Shown: one piece after another, positions 63,999 to 64,000 of the stretch
How the letters are laid out: the number at the start of each line of letters is the position of its first letter
Position numbering within the stretch: the first letter of the stretch is position 1
NCBI GenBank assembly: GCA_002633005.1
Contig: NMRA01000309.1
Span: 1 to 64,000, forward strand
Source of the DNA: Phoronis australis
Lineage: Eukaryota; Animalia; Phoronida
Direction: 5' to 3'
Length of the DNA stretch: 64,000 nucleotides
Notes under the pieces: generated by a model
The model's database searches: none
What the model saw: only the letters and a program-made list of their open reading frames with translations
Told to the model about the DNA's origin: nothing
Made by a program: the position numbers and the translations under genes

Positions 63999-64000
63999 CT

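Overview
AT-rich, intron-rich animal genomic DNA, probably an invertebrate deuterostome (taxon is inference only). Most entries in the ORF track are spurious, and real genes appear only by splicing GT-AG exons. The window holds: (1) the last three coding exons of TXNDC17/TRP14 (+, 751-4918; exon 1 lies upstream of the window); (2) a complete 11-exon short-chain acyl-CoA dehydrogenase ACADS (-, 7650-21783, 416 aa); (3) a complete 9-exon CASTOR/GATSL mTORC1 amino-acid-sensor homolog (+, 22158-56219, 331 aa), head-to-head with ACADS across a 374-bp shared promoter; (4) possibly the 3' end of a fourth gene at the right edge (-). Introns contain many non-autonomous DNA transposons (hAT, Harbinger, TcMar, Kolobok, a Helentron/HINE-like family), LINE and Penelope relics, and minisatellites. 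Main leads: the CASTOR arginine pocket has lost both canonical ligand residues (S111->P, D304->G by manual alignment) while keeping GATOR2 and dimer residues; CASTOR has an ATF4-like uORF layout and shares a nuclear-receptor element with ACADS; and a repeat family carrying CTCF-like motif arrays is convergently oriented around the shared promoter.
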